The translations under genes were made by a program, and so were the position numbers. Below are positions 10,149 through 20,634 of a DNA stretch of 64,000 bases, in pieces. Every line of letters starts with the position of its first letter. The stretch's first letter is position 1. This stretch comes from Methanotrichaceae archaeon (GTDB lineage: Archaea; Halobacteriota; Methanosarcinia; Methanotrichales; Methanotrichaceae), in NCBI GenBank assembly GCA_963813075.1, contig CAWEXU010000031.1:96001-160000 (forward strand). Reading direction: 5' to 3'. The notes beneath the pieces were generated by a model that did no database searches, was not told the DNA's origin, and was given only the letters and a program-made list of their open reading frames with translations.

Positions 10149-11045
10149 ATGAATGAGATACAGGAGATCTCCAGCCTTTTGGACCGAGAGCTAGAGGCGA
10201 TAAAGCTTTCTTTGCCCGAAGACGGGGCATCCGAAAAAATAGGGGGAAAGGCCTCCTCCAGGGTAGTCAAGCTGCAAAATCCCAAGATCATCACCCAGGA
10301 GAATAAGATAGAGATCATGGGGCCCGTATTTCTCATAAGCCTTGCCGAGCTGAAGAAGGCCATCAAGAACCGCTACAAGACTCCGGGACGGAATATATTC
10401 CCCGAAGTGGTGGACGACTTCGTCTTCAAGAACGGCATGGATGCCGTAAGCCGGTTGAGCAGCTTTGACTCCAGCCAGGCGGCAAGCGACCTGGTGAACC
10501 TCTCCAGGCTGGTTAAAGTGCCCTCGGACTCGGAAAAGCTGGCAATAGTAAAGAGGATAAAGCCGCTGGAGCTGGTGGACGAGTATATAATCGATGGCAG
10601 ACACACCACGGGAAGTTTCCTGGGGAGATTTGACCTTCCAATAGTAGTCATGACCGACGAAGGAGCCCAGTTTGATTTTGAGAATCCGTCTGATGTGGTG
10701 GGCACAAATAAGCGGCTGGAAGAGTCGATGTCCCTTAACATGAAGAGCATTATGCTCATAGCAGAGAGGGTGGATGACAACACCATTCAGACCACCAGCG
10801 GCCTTAAGCATGTCCTCCTGGGAAATACGATGGCTGCAGTCTCCTTGATCTGCCTGTTGATTGGAGCCTTCTCGCTCATTGAAAGGAGGCTGTTCTTTTT
10901 TATAGTGCTGTTCATCTGCGGAGTGGCCCTGGCGGTGGCCAGATATCTGCCCACCAGCTGGAACAGAGAGTTCTTTGGAGTCTCAGAATTACAGGTGGTT
11001 GGCAATGGCTACACAGTCTTCAAGTTCTATGGAGACATGGCATGA
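10149..11045 (+). CDS. Hypothetical membrane protein with a possible ParB/Srx-like motif
   Basis: YIIDGRHT motif; two hydrophobic helices near the C-terminus. Confidence 0.55.
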   Translation: MNEIQEISSLLDRELEAIKLSLPEDGASEKIGGKASSRVVKLQNPKIITQENKIEIMGPVFLISLAELKKAIKNRYKTPGRNIFPEVVDDFVFKNGMDAVSRLSSFDSSQAASDLVNLSRLVKVPSDSEKLAIVKRIKPLELVDEYIIDGRHTTGSFLGRFDLPIVVMTDEGAQFDFENPSDVVGTNKRLEESMSLNMKSIMLIAERVDDNTIQTTSGLKHVLLGNTMAAVSLICLLIGAFSLIERRLFFFIVLFICGVALAVARYLPTSWNREFFGVSELQVVGNGYTVFKFYGDMA

Positions 11046-11124
11046 TCCCACCCGAGAGATACGGATCTATTTACCCGCAATGAAATTTCAGATCAAGTAC
11101 AGCGGGCTATGGTCTGAATGCAGA

Positions 11125-11420
11125 AAGATACCGCTGGATAAAGCGAGATAAAGCGGGATAAGAGCGATAGAGCGGATAAGAGAGTAGAGCGGGATAAGAG
11201 AGATAGAGCGGGATAAGAGAATAGAGCGGGATAAGAGAGATAGAGCGGGATAGAAGACAGGATAGTGACGACATAGCGAGATTATGCGGGATAATGCGGG
11301 ATAATGATGGATAATGCGGAATATGCCAGATAGAACAGGGTATAGCGTAAAGAGCGGTATAATGCAGGATAGACAAAATATAGCAGGTATAGCAGGTAAT
11401 GCAGGATATAGGAGGAGTAG
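11125..11420. repeat. Purine-rich degenerate minisatellite
   Basis: Repeats of GAGCGGGATAAGAGAGATA, GCGGGATAAT and ATAGCAGGT directly upstream of the SPFH gene. Confidence 0.8.
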
Positions 11421-12302
11421 ATGAGCGGGATAGATAGCGATATATTGAGGGAGAAGATAAAAGAGAAGATGCCAAAGGCACCAAAATTCTCTCTTGGATT
11501 TACGGCCTTCCTTGCCACTGCCATCATCTTATTGCTGCTGCTGGTTTTAGTGGGAGGGTCCTTTATAGCGATAATCCCTGCCGGGCATGTGGGAGTGCAG
11601 GACCGGTTCGGGGTGGTCTCTGATACCATCCTGAGTCCGGGGTTCAACTTCAAAGATCCTCTGACCAGCGTCCACCAGATGAACACCCAGACCCAGCAGA
11701 TAGAGTACAAACAGGTAACCGGGACGCTGACCCGTGAGGGCCTGGAGATCAATCTGGACAGCAGCGTCCTGTGGCACCTTGATCCGGACATGGCCCCTGA
11801 CATCTATAGATCAGTAAGAGGAGACTATGTGGACACCAAGCTAACTCCTTCTTTCATGGGCCTATTGCGGGCGGAGATCAAGAAGTACACCGCTGAGGAC
11901 ATTTACACCAATAAGTCGACTGAGATCCAGGCGGATGTAGAAAAGCAGCTCAAGCTGGAGCTGGATAAAACCGGGATCATCATCGAGAGGGTCTGGCTGA
12001 GGGGAATCTTCTTGCCGGTTGAGCTTCAGGAGGCCATCACCACCAAGCAGCAGAAGCAGCAGCAGGCCCAGCAGATGCAGTTTACCATCCAGCAGTCAGA
12101 GCAGGAGGCGGATAGGCTGGTAATCGAGGCCAAGGGCATTGCTGAGGCAAACCGGATAAAAGGAGAATCGGTAACGCCAACCCTGGTCTCCTGGGAGTTC
12201 GTGCAGGCGATCAAGAACAATCCCAATGTGCTCTATGTGCCCATAGGCTCGGGCGGGGGAGAGGTGCTATTCAACCTCCCCGCCCCTGGGCTGAAGAGCT
12301 GA
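11421..12302 (+). CDS. SPFH/prohibitin (band 7) membrane protein
   Basis: N-terminal TM; IIPAGHVGVQDRFG, EAKGIAEANRI. Confidence 0.9.
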   Translation: MSGIDSDILREKIKEKMPKAPKFSLGFTAFLATAIILLLLLVLVGGSFIAIIPAGHVGVQDRFGVVSDTILSPGFNFKDPLTSVHQMNTQTQQIEYKQVTGTLTREGLEINLDSSVLWHLDPDMAPDIYRSVRGDYVDTKLTPSFMGLLRAEIKKYTAEDIYTNKSTEIQADVEKQLKLELDKTGIIIERVWLRGIFLPVELQEAITTKQQKQQQAQQMQFTIQQSEQEADRLVIEAKGIAEANRIKGESVTPTLVSWEFVQAIKNNPNVLYVPIGSGGGEVLFNLPAPGLKS

Positions 12303-12369
12303 GGATGATGATTTAGAGAGAGGAAGGTAAGGGCGGATCGTCAGCTGTACTTAATATATCGAGGACAAT

Positions 12370-12606
12370 ATTCTCCAGGCGGACCCAGGTGAAAGTTTGA
12401 ACTGCTTTCATGAGGCTCAAAAGATCTCGACTGTCAGCACAGTTGAGTTCTCGAATCCAGGCTGTCATCAAGGCTAAGATTGATCTACACGAGACTGTTT
12501 TTTTTGTGCACGCCGCGAGTCGGCCCTCCGGGCCGCGGCCAACGACGGTCCCCTCAACGCCGGGGAGGCTCGGATACAATTGGAGGCAAGCCGTTGAGGA
12601 TTTGAT
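12370..12606. repeat. ~240-bp dispersed non-coding repeat, copy A
   Basis: CCAGGCGGxCCCAGGTGAAAGTTT...TTTTTTGTGCACGCCGCGAGTCGGCC...CCTCAACGCCGGGGAGGCT...CAAGCCGTTGAGG shared with 13376 and 17066. Confidence 0.9.
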
Positions 12607-12677
12607 ATGAGAATGCGAGGTTAATTAAGCTGTCCAGGCAAAAATACATATCCATAGACGTCAATAAAGGTCCAGCT

Positions 12678-12935
12678 ATGTTCACAGAGTATATTCAGGC
12701 GGCCTTGGAGAAAGTGCAGTATAAGGTCATAGATAATGGCGATGAGCCCTATTTTGCAGATGTCCCAGAGCTTGATGGTGTGTGGGCCACCGGTCATACC
12801 GTCGAGGATGCACGCAGAAATTTCATTGAGGCTCTGGAAGAGTGGATCGCAGCTCGCCTGCAATGGGGCCTGCCCATTCCACCGATAGGCGGCCAGACCA
12901 TCGAGGTCTCCAAGGAGCCGGTTTCGGTTGTCTAG
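12678..12935 (+). CDS. hicB: HicB-family antitoxin
   Basis: YFADVPELDGVWATGHTVEDARRNFIEALEEWI. Confidence 0.85.
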   Translation: MFTEYIQAALEKVQYKVIDNGDEPYFADVPELDGVWATGHTVEDARRNFIEALEEWIAARLQWGLPIPPIGGQTIEVSKEPVSVV

Positions 12936-13152
12936 GCTCGTCCCGGTCCCACGGGTGGAGATGGTCCGAAGGTTGAAGAAACTCGGTTTCGAGGGGCCGT
13001 TTCCAGGCAAGAGACACCAGCACCTGATTCGAGGGACCACGCTCGTCATTATTCCGAATCCACATCATGGCCAGGATATCAGCGCCGACTTGATAGCTGA
13101 GATCTTGAGAAAGGCTAAGGTATCACGTGAGGAGTGGTTCTCAGTTGCATGA
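12928..13152 (+). CDS. hicA: HicA-family mRNA interferase toxin
   Basis: LKKLGFEGPFPGKRHQHL...IPNPHHG; overlaps hicB. Confidence 0.85.
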   Translation: MSRLVPVPRVEMVRRLKKLGFEGPFPGKRHQHLIRGTTLVIIPNPHHGQDISADLIAEILRKAKVSREEWFSVA

Positions 13153-13254
13153 GCCTCTTTTCAGGCTTTTCGAAGAGATTGAAAAGAATGTGATTTCTCT
13201 CAGTCGATTTTCCGAATCTTGGCTGGATTAAAGGTTAGTGTTGATAAATGCGAG

Positions 13255-13320
13255 CTCTTTTTTTAGTGGGCGCCGCGAGTCGGCCCTCCGGGAGGCAGGC
13301 AAAGGGGGCCCCCAAAGCCA
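13255..13320. repeat. Partial copy of the repeat's T-tract/GC-hairpin core
   Basis: TTTTTTTAGTGGGCGCCGCGAGTCGGCCCTCCGGG matches copy A 12497-12532. Confidence 0.65.
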
Positions 13321-13375
13321 GAGAGATCAGAATTAGACGTTGATGGTTTTTGCATTGAGATATATTAAAGCGAAA

Positions 13376-13670
13376 ATTCGCCAGGCGGGCCCAGGTGAAA
13401 GTTTGAACTGCTTTTAAGAGGCTGGAAGGATCTCAAACGTCAGCATAGTCGATTTCTTGAATACAGAGATATTGTCAAGGCTAAGATTGATCTACACGGA
13501 CTGTTTTTTTGTGCACGCCGCGAGTCGGCCTGCTGGCCTCCCGCGCTATGCCCTGGTCCCCTCAACGCCGGGGAGGCTTGGATACAATTGGAGGCAAGCC
13601 GTTGAGGATTGAGATATTGAACACAATTATTCACCGGATGTAGATTGAAAAAAGACAATATGAGATTTGT
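13376..13670. repeat. ~240-290-bp dispersed non-coding repeat, copy B
   Basis: Near-identical to copy C, with a further ~60 bp of shared 3' extension. Confidence 0.9.
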
Positions 13671-13828
13671 GTTAGAAAAGATTTGCAACAAATTTTATAA
13701 TAATTAAAATATTTTGTTTGCCATTAGTGCAACGGTCACAGTCTCAATTGGGCAACGACTTTCGTATGCATGTCGAAATGATGATATCGATACCTTTCAA
13801 TTATCATCTCTGGCGAGGGATACAAAAT

Positions 13829-14269
13829 CTAAGTAGCCTTGTGGGGAGATGCAATCATATCCATATGTGATGAAGCGCATTTGTGCTCAATTTGCACATC
13901 CTCAGTTGGATGCGCTTGTTTCAGCGAGTAATCTGCGATCTCTGCTAATTTTTCTGCTCCAAGCATTTGCTCTATTATGCAGTTGTTCAGGCTTTCAAAT
14001 GCTTCAATAAAGCCCGATTCCTCATTAAGTGCATAATAATTGGCATTCCCATGCTTGCATGCTATTTTCAGTACGTTCCATTTCACGAGTTTTCTTACAA
14101 CGTGCACCAGTGTTTGCCGAGTGACACCTGTACCGCGCGAAAGCTCACTGATATTGAACTCTAAGCCTTTTAAGGGCAGCATGAATTGGATCACACTCAA
14201 CTCGCTGCTGTCACCAAATAAGCCCTCGAAAGGTTTCGCCATATTACACTCCGTTGTCTCATTGAGCAT
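13829..14269 (-). CDS. Winged helix-turn-helix protein
   Basis: EFNISELSRGTGVTRQTLVHVVRKLVKWNVL. Confidence 0.7.
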   Translation of the reverse strand: MLNETTECNMAKPFEGLFGDSSELSVIQFMLPLKGLEFNISELSRGTGVTRQTLVHVVRKLVKWNVLKIACKHGNANYYALNEESGFIEAFESLNNCIIEQMLGAEKLAEIADYSLKQAHPTEDVQIEHKCASSHMDMIASPHKAT

Positions 14270-14310
14270 TCATGGTATATAGTGTTTTTGACATTGATGT
14301 TAAATGAATT

Positions 14311-14613
14311 TTACAGCCTCCGAACCCTTCCAGGAAGGATTCTTCCTGCAGTTGCGTTATATCCATGACAATTGAGAGCATAACAGGCTCTCTCCATGCT
14401 AGAAATATAATATTTAATGTCTTTTTTCCTTATTTGGCCTAAATACTCTTTGCTTGCTAGACCTCTCGCGACATCTTCAGGATTTTGATTAAATTTTGAT
14501 CGAAAGGCTTTGGCAATTTCACCAAGATTCTTGCTTCGATTGCTATTGACACATCGATGTTGATAGAGCACATTAAGAATAAATAGCTCTTCTATAGTAA
14601 GGCCACAAGCCAT
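14311..14613 (-). CDS. Small basic hypothetical protein (possible wHTH)
   Basis: 100-aa ORF co-oriented upstream of the wHTH gene. Confidence 0.55.
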   Translation of the reverse strand: MACGLTIEELFILNVLYQHRCVNSNRSKNLGEIAKAFRSKFNQNPEDVARGLASKEYLGQIRKKDIKYYISSMERACYALNCHGYNATAGRILPGRVRRL

Positions 14614-14878
14614 CTTGCCTACACCTTCTCACAGTTGAGAATTTGATGACATGATGAAATAGCTTTTGCTTGTTTAGCAAGGGCGGGGCCTCCGCCCTGA
14701 AGACCTCCGGCCAGGGTGGTCGGCGAGGAATAGGGTGAAGTTCAATAACTCAATCCATTCGGAACTTTCCGATCGATTACGAAGTTATTCAGAAATCCAG
14801 CATTTTAGCCGAAGGCAGCAGGGGCAGTCCATCGGCAATCGATTGAAATTTCGATATATTATCACCAGATTTCTTGAT

Positions 14879-15151
14879 CTACTCCTTTCTTTTTCTCCTA
14901 ATCTCTTCAAGGATCTCCTCAAGGCTCTGGTCCAGCCACCTCGCCCTTTCCTTGGTATAGTCGCCGCTCCCCAGATCAAAGCTCTGCAAGAATCTAGCCA
15001 TATCCACTGGCCCCAGGGCTTCAGCTAGAGCATCTATCCCCAGCTTCCTTATCTCATTGATGCTTCTGACATCCGATTCCATCCTGATTCTCTCTTCGGT
15101 TTGGTCGTCAAATGGCCGGTTGATGCAGCAGACGTCCAGGTAGATTTTCAT
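14879..15151 (-). pseudogene. Chimera of a PIN (VapC-like) toxin N-terminus and its downstream antitoxin
   Basis: MKIYLDVCCINRPFDDQTEERIR joins MESDVRSINEIRKLGIDALAEALGPVDMARFLQSFDLGSGDYTKER. Confidence 0.7.
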
Positions 15152-15556
15152 GAGTATCTTGGCCGTATTTGATATCTTGTTGGTAAGTGGTGGGTTTGCC
15201 CATCTATTAAATCTTTGGACAAATTCGATCATCGTGATTGAAAGAAGTGATTTCTGTAATCGATTTCTCGATTCTGGGCAGGGCTAAGGCTAGTACTGAT
15301 ATTGTATGGCTGTCTTTTTAGTGGGGGCCGCTCAAAGCCGCAGCCGGCAGAACGACGACGGTTAAGCTGCAGACTGATAAAGAATGTAAAAAAATGTTGG
15401 GCCATGTCTTTTCGCATAGTGTGAGACACCTGGAAAGCCCATGTCGCACTCGGCCCGAAAATAGATCATGGAGCAGATCTTCATTCATCTTGCGAGCACG
15501 CCCGTCCAGGAACTCAGCATTAGAGGGATGAAATGGCTGAAATTAGAGCTTAAATC

Positions 15557-16919
15557 CTAATTCCATGGCCTTTTCCAAAGCTGCATCGGCTTCTGCGGTG
15601 CGCCCGAGAGACAAGAATGTAAAGGCTTTGCCCACCCAGGCTTTAGCGTAATGTGGATCAATTCTGATGGCCTCATCGAATGCTTTGACGGCCTCATTAT
15701 ATTTGCCCTGGTCATAGAGAGCAAGGCATTTGTTGTATCAGACCATAGCATATTGTGGATTTATCTCGATGGCCTGATCGTATGCCTTGACTGCCTCATT
15801 GTGTTTGCCCTGACCATCGAGAGCAAGGCCTTTGTTGTACCAGGCATTGGCAAAGGTGGGATCGAGACGGATGGCTTCTTCTGATGCCTTCAAGGCCTCG
15901 TCGTACTTGCCCTGGCTAATGAGAACCTTGCCTTTATTTTTCCAGGCTACGGCATTATTGGAATCGAGACGGATGCCCTCATCAAAAGCCTCGATCGATT
16001 CGTTATATTTGCCCTGTTGAGAGAGAGCAAGGCCTTTGTTGTTCCAGGCATCCGCATACTTGGGATTGAGTCTTATAGCCTCATCCAAAGCTTGAATGGC
16101 TTCATCATTTTTATCCGCGAGAGCGAGAGCTCCGCCTTTATTGTTCCAGGCTTCCACGAGGTTGGGATCAAGACGGATGGCCTCATCGTACGCCTTGATG
16201 GCTTCATCGTGCTTGTCCTGATAAAAGAAAGCGAAGCCTTTGTTACTCCATGCATGGGCATAGGTGGGATCGAGACCGATGGCCTCATCGTAAGCCCGGA
16301 TGGCCTCATCGTAATTGCTCTGGCCAGATAGAGCAAGGCCCTTGTTGTACCAGGCTTCCGCATCTTCTGGATTCAGCTCAATCGCTCTGTCATATGCTTT
16401 GATGGCCTCATCATATTTGCCTTGACCATAAAGAGCAAGTCCTTTGTTATACCAGCCATCTGCAAATTGTGGATTAAGTTCGATTGACTTATCGAGTGCT
16501 TGCAATGCCTCATAGTACTTACCTTGTTGAGATAAAATTGAACCTTTGTTGCACCAGGCGATCGCCAATTGTGGATCCAGCTCAATCGCTCTGTCGCACG
16601 ATTCGATGGCTTCATCGTGTTTGCCCTGGTCAAAGAAGGCAGCACATTTGTTGCACCAGGCGATCGCCATTTGTGGATTCAGCTCAATCGCCCTGTCATA
16701 CGCTTCGATCGCTTCATCGTATTTGCCCTGGTCATCGAGAGCAAGGCCTTTGTTGTACCAGGCTTCAGCATAATGGGGATTTATCTCTATAGCTATGTCA
16801 TTTGCCTCAATGGCCTCGTCGTATTTGCCCTGGCCGGAAAAATCAACTCCTTTCTGGAGCCAATCCTTTGCAGTTGTTTGCCCAAATGCCGGGGCACATA
16901 GCATTGCCAACGTTATCAA
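15557..16919 (-). CDS. Secreted tetratricopeptide-repeat protein (frameshift ~15745)
   Basis: Signal peptide; a dozen or so 34-aa repeats of the type AWYNKGLALxxQGKYDEAIxAYDxAIELNP. Confidence 0.9.
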
Positions 16920-17065
16920 TACAAGAATAAATTTTCCTTTAATATGGCCTTCCTCCGCTTTCGATCATATGACCTAATTAGCGAAATAGTTTGCGCAAGT
17001 CGGAACCTGCTCCTTTGGATATGCTTGCTCCGGCGGTTGATGATTCCAGATATATCAAAGATAGT

Positions 17066-17360
17066 ATTCGCCAGGCGGGCCCAGATGAAAGTTTAAACTG
17101 CTTTTAAGAGGCTCGAAGGATCTTAAACGTCAGCATAGTCGATTTCTTGAATACAGAGATATTGTCAAAGCTGAGATTGATCTACACAAACTGTTTTTTT
17201 GTACACGCCGCGAGTCGGCCTGCTGGCCTCCCGCGCTATGCCCTGGTCCCCTCAACGCCGGGGAGGCTTGGATACAATTGGAGGCAAGCCGTTGAGGATT
17301 TGATAGGTTAGAGACAAATTTTTCTCCGGATGTAGAATGAAAAGGCTATATTAGACTTAT
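17066..17360. repeat. ~240-290-bp dispersed non-coding repeat, copy C
   Basis: See copies A and B. Confidence 0.9.
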
Positions 17361-17625
17361 CCAGGAAGCACATTTTATTCATCTCCCGCTAGCCTGTGCA
17401 GATCCTGCCAGGCCAAAGTCTTGTCAGGGACATGGCTGAACGCATTCGCCCAGAGCATCTGCAGCTCGCCATCGCACGATTCTGTCTTCATCTGCAGCTC
17501 ATCCTGTGAATCTCAGCCTGATCTGGCAAGGAAACTTCACCTGCCTTTAATTGGAGACAAATGATGAAAAACTTATTCCTTCCGACAAATCATTTTATAT
17601 ATCTAAAAAAACTAATACAATAAAC

Positions 17626-17955
17626 ATGGCACGGAATGAGCGACATGTGGTCAAGAACCCCCGGAACGGCTGGGATATCAAAAAGCCCCACGCATGGCGG
17701 CCCTGCGGTCACGCTCAGACTAAGGCCGAGGCGGTCATGCTGGCGCGGGAGATCTGCAGAAAGGAAGGGGCGGAGTGCATCATCCACGGCGAGGATGGAA
17801 AGTTCAGGGTCTACGACAGCTTTGGAAGGCCCCTGGATTCATCCCGGGATGTAAAGACCGGTCCATTTGGAGGATTTATATCCTGGATGCATCAGCTCTT
17901 CCAGTCAATATTTGCCCTCATCAAGATCCCGGCAATAAATCAGCAAAGCTCATAA
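17626..17955 (+). CDS. DUF2188-family small protein
   Basis: RHVVKNPRNGWDIK...TKAEAV..AREI...IHGEDGK...DSFG. Confidence 0.75.
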   Translation: MARNERHVVKNPRNGWDIKKPHAWRPCGHAQTKAEAVMLAREICRKEGAECIIHGEDGKFRVYDSFGRPLDSSRDVKTGPFGGFISWMHQLFQSIFALIKIPAINQQSS

Positions 17956-17982
17956 GCCAGTGGGGAATGGAAATGGATCGTT

Positions 17983-19471
17983 ATGTCCCAAAAGATCCTC
18001 TCCCCCTGGCTCAAGAACCTTAAAAGAACCCGGCCAGCAAACCCTCTCCAGGAAGACTGCAACTGCGACGTGGCGGTGGTGGGAGCAGGGATCTCAGGAG
18101 TTGCCACCTCCTACTTCCTCCTCCGGGACACGGGCCTCGATGTTATGCTTTTGGAGAAGGACCGAATTGCCCAGGGGGCGACGGGCCACAATGGAGGCCA
18201 GGCGGTGGCGGGCTTTGAGCAATCACTGAAAAAGCTCTGCCAGATCTTTGGCGAAGAGCTGGTCTCCGATGGGCTGAAGGCCATCGAAGGGGCCTGGGAC
18301 CTGCTCTACTCCATAGTCTCCGAGACGGGGATCGATATCGATATCCAGGAGGTCTCCGCCAGTATGGCCTTCTCTTCGATTGACGATGTCCTGGAAATCC
18401 TCCAGGAGCGCAGGATGTCTAGAACGGCTCGGCATTGCCAGGGGAGATATAATTCTGGCAGAGGATGTGGCAGGCAAGATTCCTGAGGAGTACCGAGATC
18501 TGTTCACGATAAAGAGAAGTGATGTTTTAGCCGATATCCTGCACACAGAACCTGGCAGATACATATGCCTTCAGAAGACGAGAATCGGGCTTATGAACAG
18601 CGCGCTTTTCTGCGAAGAGATTGTATCCTGGATGCTCGAAAGGTATCCGGACAGATTTAAGGTGTTTGAGAATACCGCAGTGCAGAGCATAGAGCCTGGC
18701 AAGAGATCGAATGGCCCACGTGGGAGGCCCGATTCTGAGGATTGCGAAGGCGGCTACAGAAGAAAGGAATTCCCCTGAGGATATGCAGATTGAGGCATTG
18801 GAGCATGAGAGCTGATTATGAGGATGCCCCTTGCAGCCAGCATTGGGCGGTCGGGCATTCAGTCTATGCGAAGTATGCGGTGTTATGCACCAACGGCTAC
18901 GACAACCTGACCATAGAGGGAATAAATAGCTCAATCATGAATAGCACTCGCGGCATCATGGGATTTATGATCGGCTGCCTTGATGAGGCCGAGCGAGAGC
19001 CAATGGCCTCTGCCTATTTCGACTCCAGTTGGCATGATCCGGACGATGGCTACTACTATCTCTCTTCTCGTGCGTATACGGACACAGATAGCTCAAAAAG
19101 AACGTCTGATATGCGTGGGCGGCCAGGACAGGAACCTGAACGAGAATGAGAGGCGCTGCTTTGATTCAATAGCCGTAAAGGAAGAGCAGTACTCCCGGAT
19201 CGAGAGCTTCTACCGGGAAACGATCAGGGATCTGCCTCAAAGCCAGATTCCGGATTTCTCCTGGAACGGCCTGATGGGCTACACTAAAAACAAGGTCAGA
19301 CTGATCGGCCCGGACCCGGCGGATCCGTCATTGATCTACAATCTGGGCTGCAACGGCATAGGCATTCTGCCGGCCATCTACGGGGGAAAGAGGGTGGCCC
19401 AGCTTCTCGGAGGCGTGAAGCTGGCTCCATCGATGTTCGATCCGAATCTGCTTTTGCGCCGAGCACCATAA
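17983..19471 (+). CDS. FAD-dependent oxidoreductase (DAO/DadA-like), several frameshifts
   Basis: DVAVVGAGISG, GATGHNGG, VLCTNGY, WNGLMGYT, GCNGIG spread over four overlapping ORFs. Confidence 0.8.
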
Positions 19472-19737
19472 ATCATGCTCGGCTCCTCGCTATTTAGCAC
19501 GGGTGGACTTGAATCGCAAATTCTAAACCACAAAGCACACAAAGGAACACGAAAGACTACACCAAAGGATTATTGGGCTATCAAGAACTGGATTAACCTT
19601 TGCGAGGCCTTTGTGCTCTTTGTGGTTAAAATCCGTTATCTATAATCCAATCAAACCACAGAGGCGCAGAGAAACAGAGGCTATAATCTCTGCCGGGCCT
19701 GACCCACATAATTCAGCGAAGAGCCTCATGCTCTCTA

Positions 19738-20631
19738 CTACTCTTCCTCATTGCTTTCCGTCTCTCCAGTTGCCCTCTGAAGTGCTGCTTTGCCCGCTTT
19801 TTCATAGGCCCTGGGAAGCAATGCCGCTAAATTGACGCCTCCTATGTGAAAAGGGGCCTGTCCCAATCTTTTCAGAACCGCGCCCTCCACATCAGGGGCT
19901 CTTGGATTGACCTCCAGCAGATCAAGTTCGCTTCCTTTTTGCCAGTAGCAATCCAGGCACTCCTCCAGGGGCCTTGATTCCTCCCTTGGGCCCGGGCTTG
20001 ATCTCGATATCCCATCTGGCTCCTCAACAGCTTCAGCGGAACGCAACTTGCGCATCGCTTCCATGATCTCTTCCTTGCTCCTCCCTCGAAGCTTGAAGAT
20101 CAGGAATGGATCGCAGTCAAACTGCTCCGCCAGAAGATAGTAGACCGCAGCTATATGCTTGCAGGGATTGGACCAGTCCGGGCAGGAGCAGTCGGTCTTC
20201 AGGTCCTTGCCCTTGCTGGGAAAGAGGGACAGACCGGACTCGGAAAAGGCCTCTTCGATGTCCTGCGGCATCTCCCCGCCCAGCAGCCGGGCTGCAAATA
20301 CTGCTTTTGAGGCCATAGCCGAGGCAGCCTTATCCCACTCAGCATCCGAGAGTGGCTTGAGCTTTATTTCAACATCATAGGGCTCCGATCCTGTCCCCTG
20401 CACCCTGGCCTTCACTATGCCGGGATTGACATCTATGGATATAACCTGCCCTTTTCGAGCATAGCTCTTTCCTCGAGTGAGCCTGGCTCCCAGATTGAAG
20501 GATTCAAGGGTCTTGACCCAGCGCTTGGACCACCAGGTCTCCCCTATGCATCCCCTAATGCTCTTGGCCTTCAGCCCGTTCTTGACCTCTTTGGGCTTTG
20601 CCGGCTCGTAGTAGCTCCAGTAGGGGCTCAT
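19738..20631 (-). CDS. SWIM zinc-finger protein
   Basis: CSCPDWSNPCKHIAAV; RLTRGKSYAR; next to SNF2 gene. Confidence 0.9.
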   Translation of the reverse strand: MSPYWSYYEPAKPKEVKNGLKAKSIRGCIGETWWSKRWVKTLESFNLGARLTRGKSYARKGQVISIDVNPGIVKARVQGTGSEPYDVEIKLKPLSDAEWDKAASAMASKAVFAARLLGGEMPQDIEEAFSESGLSLFPSKGKDLKTDCSCPDWSNPCKHIAAVYYLLAEQFDCDPFLIFKLRGRSKEEIMEAMRKLRSAEAVEEPDGISRSSPGPREESRPLEECLDCYWQKGSELDLLEVNPRAPDVEGAVLKRLGQAPFHIGGVNLAALLPRAYEKAGKAALQRATGETESNEEE

Positions 20632-20634
20632 CTT

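Noticed and set aside
12313..12610. Small ORFs within the 240-bp repeats (12313..12579, 12410..12610, 13440..13691)
   Set aside because: Frames are not conserved between copies, so the element is treated as non-coding
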